In this document: positions 61,502-64,000 of the stretch, piece by piece
How the letters are laid out: each line of letters starts with the position of its first letter
Position numbering within the stretch: the first letter of the stretch is position 1
Assembly (NCBI GenBank): GCA_965112735.1
Contig: OZ218953.1
Span: 1,178,001 to 1,242,000 of the forward strand
Reading direction: 5' to 3'
DNA from: Phaeosaccion multiseriatum
Taxonomy: Eukaryota > Protista > Ochrophyta, other classes
DNA: 64,000 nucleotides
Translations under genes and position numbers: made by a program
Notes under the pieces: model-generated
What the model was told of the DNA's origin: nothing
Databases searched by the model: none
What the model saw: only the letters and a program-made list of their open reading frames with translations

Positions 61502-64000
61502 TCCACCAGCAGCAACTGTAGAAGGAGGACGAGGAAGGGGTGGCCCGCCTCCTCGCTCCACCTCTTGGCTGAGGAACAGCCTGGGGCCTTCCTCGTCCAG
61601 GCCCAAGCGGACAATGAGCAGGGCAGAGAGCATGGACTTGAAGTTCGACTGGGACCCTCGAGGCTTGCAGATGCACATCTCTGTGCTACCCACCAAGAAC
61701 GCGGTGCCACCGCCGGGTAGAAGCACGGGCACACGGAGCAGCGTCGCTAGCAGCACCCCACGCAGCATGCTGGAGGATGGCGGCCTGCACAGCAGCAGGA
61801 GCAGTGGCAGCATGAGCGCCCTCCGAGGTCTGGGGAGGTCGAGGAGCAATAGAAGAGAGCGGATCCATAGCGACCACAGCATGGGCAGTAGCAGGGGCAG
61901 CAGGGCCAGCCTCAGCCGAGCCCCTTCCAGCGTGTTTGATGATGAAGAGCAAGATGACGAGGACGACAATGACCAATGGGGGCCAGGGAGACGGCTTGAG
62001 CAGCTGCTTCGCGCCAACGACGGCGATGGCGTCTCTGATGCAGGTTCCACTGGCTTCGAAGACACCACTGCTGCTGGTGCACAAGACGGGACGGAGACGG
62101 GGCTCCTCTCAGCGGTGGGAGCCGGCGCGGACGAACGTGTCTCGCAGCAGCGGCAGCAGGCGCAGTGGGAGGAGGAGTGGGTAGCGCGCGGCTACAACAG
62201 CAGCAGCAGCAGAGTGGGAGATGGGTTCTTTGGTCTCGCGGAGAAGAAAGTAGGGGACGGGGCGGAGAAGAAGGAGGAAGAAGAGGGCTCTGCGTACGGA
62301 CGGCGCGGTTACTCCACAGGGGGGGAGAGCAAGGCGCGACAGATGGAGGAGTGGGAGCGAGGCTTCCAGGCCAGCGCTAGTGCATCGAGGTCTCCTCGTG
62401 AGGTGGGGGGCGGGGGTGGAGGAGACTGGGAGGGGGGGGTGCTCCAGCGACAGCAGCGCCTTGCCTACTTGGAGGGCTGGAAGCACCGCCGAACAGCAGA
62501 GGCAGCGGCGGGTGTACGGGTGGTGCCGCATGAAAGTGAAAGAGAAGCGTTTGGTCTGCCATTCCCTGCCGCTCTCACCACCACTGCCATGTACAAGCCT
62601 AGTGGCATTGGCACTAAGGAAGACTTCAGCTCTCCCACCAGCGGACCCGACACGATGGCGACACTTGCGTCTCCTGTAACAGCCTTCCAACTGCAGCTCA
62701 TCACTTGGCATCAGTACCTCGTCGAGCAAGGAACGGGGACGGCGTCCAAGGTGGCCGAGGGGTCCGAGGCGGCTGCATCTTGGTCTGTGGCTGTAGTGTC
62801 ACCGACAGAGGCAACGGCGGCGCACCAGGAGGAGCATATTGTCGACTCATTAGAGAGAGAGGGCGCACTGTCGGTGGCTCCGACAGGGGTGGTGAGTAGT
62901 TCGGGCAAGAGGAGGTGGGCGCAAGAGGGGGGGCGGCGGGGTGCGAATGAGGAGGAGGTGGACCTGAGCGCGGTGGCAACTTCGCTTGCCGCCGCTGCGC
63001 CCGAGGACGAAGGGGAGCTTTCATGGGAGAGCTTCTTTGGCGTGGTGGCAGAGGAGCAGAGCGAGAGGAAGGCGAAGCAGGAGGCACTGCTGAGGGAGCA
63101 GGCAATGGCCAACGTCAAGGCGGCGAGGAAGAGGCGGAGGGCGAGCGAGGGCAGTGGTGGCACTTGGAAGCGCTTCCGAGGACTGTCCGACACGTTTGGC
63201 GCCCTGAGTGGCAGCTTTGGCAGCTTCAAGGGGCGCTCCTTCTTCTCCAGGAAGAGGGCAAAGCACCAACAAGAGAAGCGGCAGCAGCAGCAGCAGCAAC
63301 AACAAAAGGAGGATGAGCAGCGGCGGTTGTTGATTCGGCAGCGGCTGGAAGAAGAGGAGCAGCAGCAGCGCCAGGAGCAAGAGGAAGAAGACAAGATTTG
63401 GCAGGAAGAGCTGCGTGAGGGGGCAGGGCAGCAGCACGAGCAGCACGAGCAGCGCCGACTCTCAGGGTCAGGGTCGGGGTCAGGGTCAGGGTCTATAGCC
63501 CTGCAGGAGGGATTAAGAGGACGGAGCAGCAGGGTGAGCAGCAGCGGCAGTGAGAACATTTCACTGCCGCCAGATCTCATTGGACCCGAGAGTCTTGGCA
63601 TGGACGTGCACCGGCCCGTGGGTGAGACGCTAAAGGGAGGATGGGGCACAGGCGTTGCCACTACTCCAACTACTGCTGCCACCGTTGCTGCCGCCACTGA
63701 TGCGACGGCTGCGGGTAGTAAGAGTAGCACCCCAGTAGCGGCTGCCGCCGCTGCTGCTCTTGATGACAGTGACAGCGCCCTGTTGGAGGGCGAGGACGAC
63801 GAGGGGCAATTGTTGGCCACGCAGGACGCCAACCACAGCAGCGCAGCAGCGCCCACTAATGGTAGTGTGGCCGCGGCCGGGGCGGGGTTGGCTTCTCTAA
63901 CCCCGGCCCAGCAGCAGCAGCAGCAGCAGCAGCAGATGCAGGAGCTGAGCGAGAAGTACGCGTGGATCCAGAGGTGGGAGGCGAGCAAGAGCAGCGGCCT
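60081..64000 (+). CDS. Long low-complexity (S/G/Q/E-rich) hypothetical protein running off the window
   Basis: ATG at 60081. The frame reads open at every stretch I translated (GFEFSTSVSDFSSDDES, HESEREAFGLPFPAAL, QQQMQELSEKYAWIQRWEASK). It is absent from the ORF track, consistent with no stop before 64000. Confidence 0.6.

Overview
GC-rich, intron-rich eukaryotic DNA with GT-AG introns full of microsatellites. The organism cannot be identified from sequence alone; a protist or alga, possibly a stramenopile, is only an inference. Ordinary content: TRAPPC4/TRS23, an LMBR1/LIMR-family membrane protein, a ~2,960-aa IQ-repeat protein, two large coiled-coil hypothetical genes, an open-ended low-complexity ORF and a 255-bp MITE. 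The standout is a nine-gene cluster of small secreted low-complexity proteins in two families. The A/C type (5 genes) is Tyr/His/Lys/Ser/Gly-rich and made of two modules delimited by RXL motifs. The B type (4 genes) is Trp/Tyr/Arg/Ser/Lys-rich with an REL-ended acidic propeptide. A and B genes sit head-to-head in ~4.3-kb tandem units (13.1-23.3 kb), and most of that block recurs as an inverted copy (40.7-48.7 kb) bracketing a 17.4-kb segment. The design (signal peptide, acidic propeptide, RXL, cationic Ser/Lys and Trp/Tyr-Gly repeats) parallels diatom silaffin/cingulin precursors. It is therefore a candidate undescribed extracellular biomaterial or biomineralisation system, but the function is inferred, not shown. 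A ~20-bp DNA motif (core TTGGTGATACA) also recurs at least 7 times on both strands and in different reading frames.
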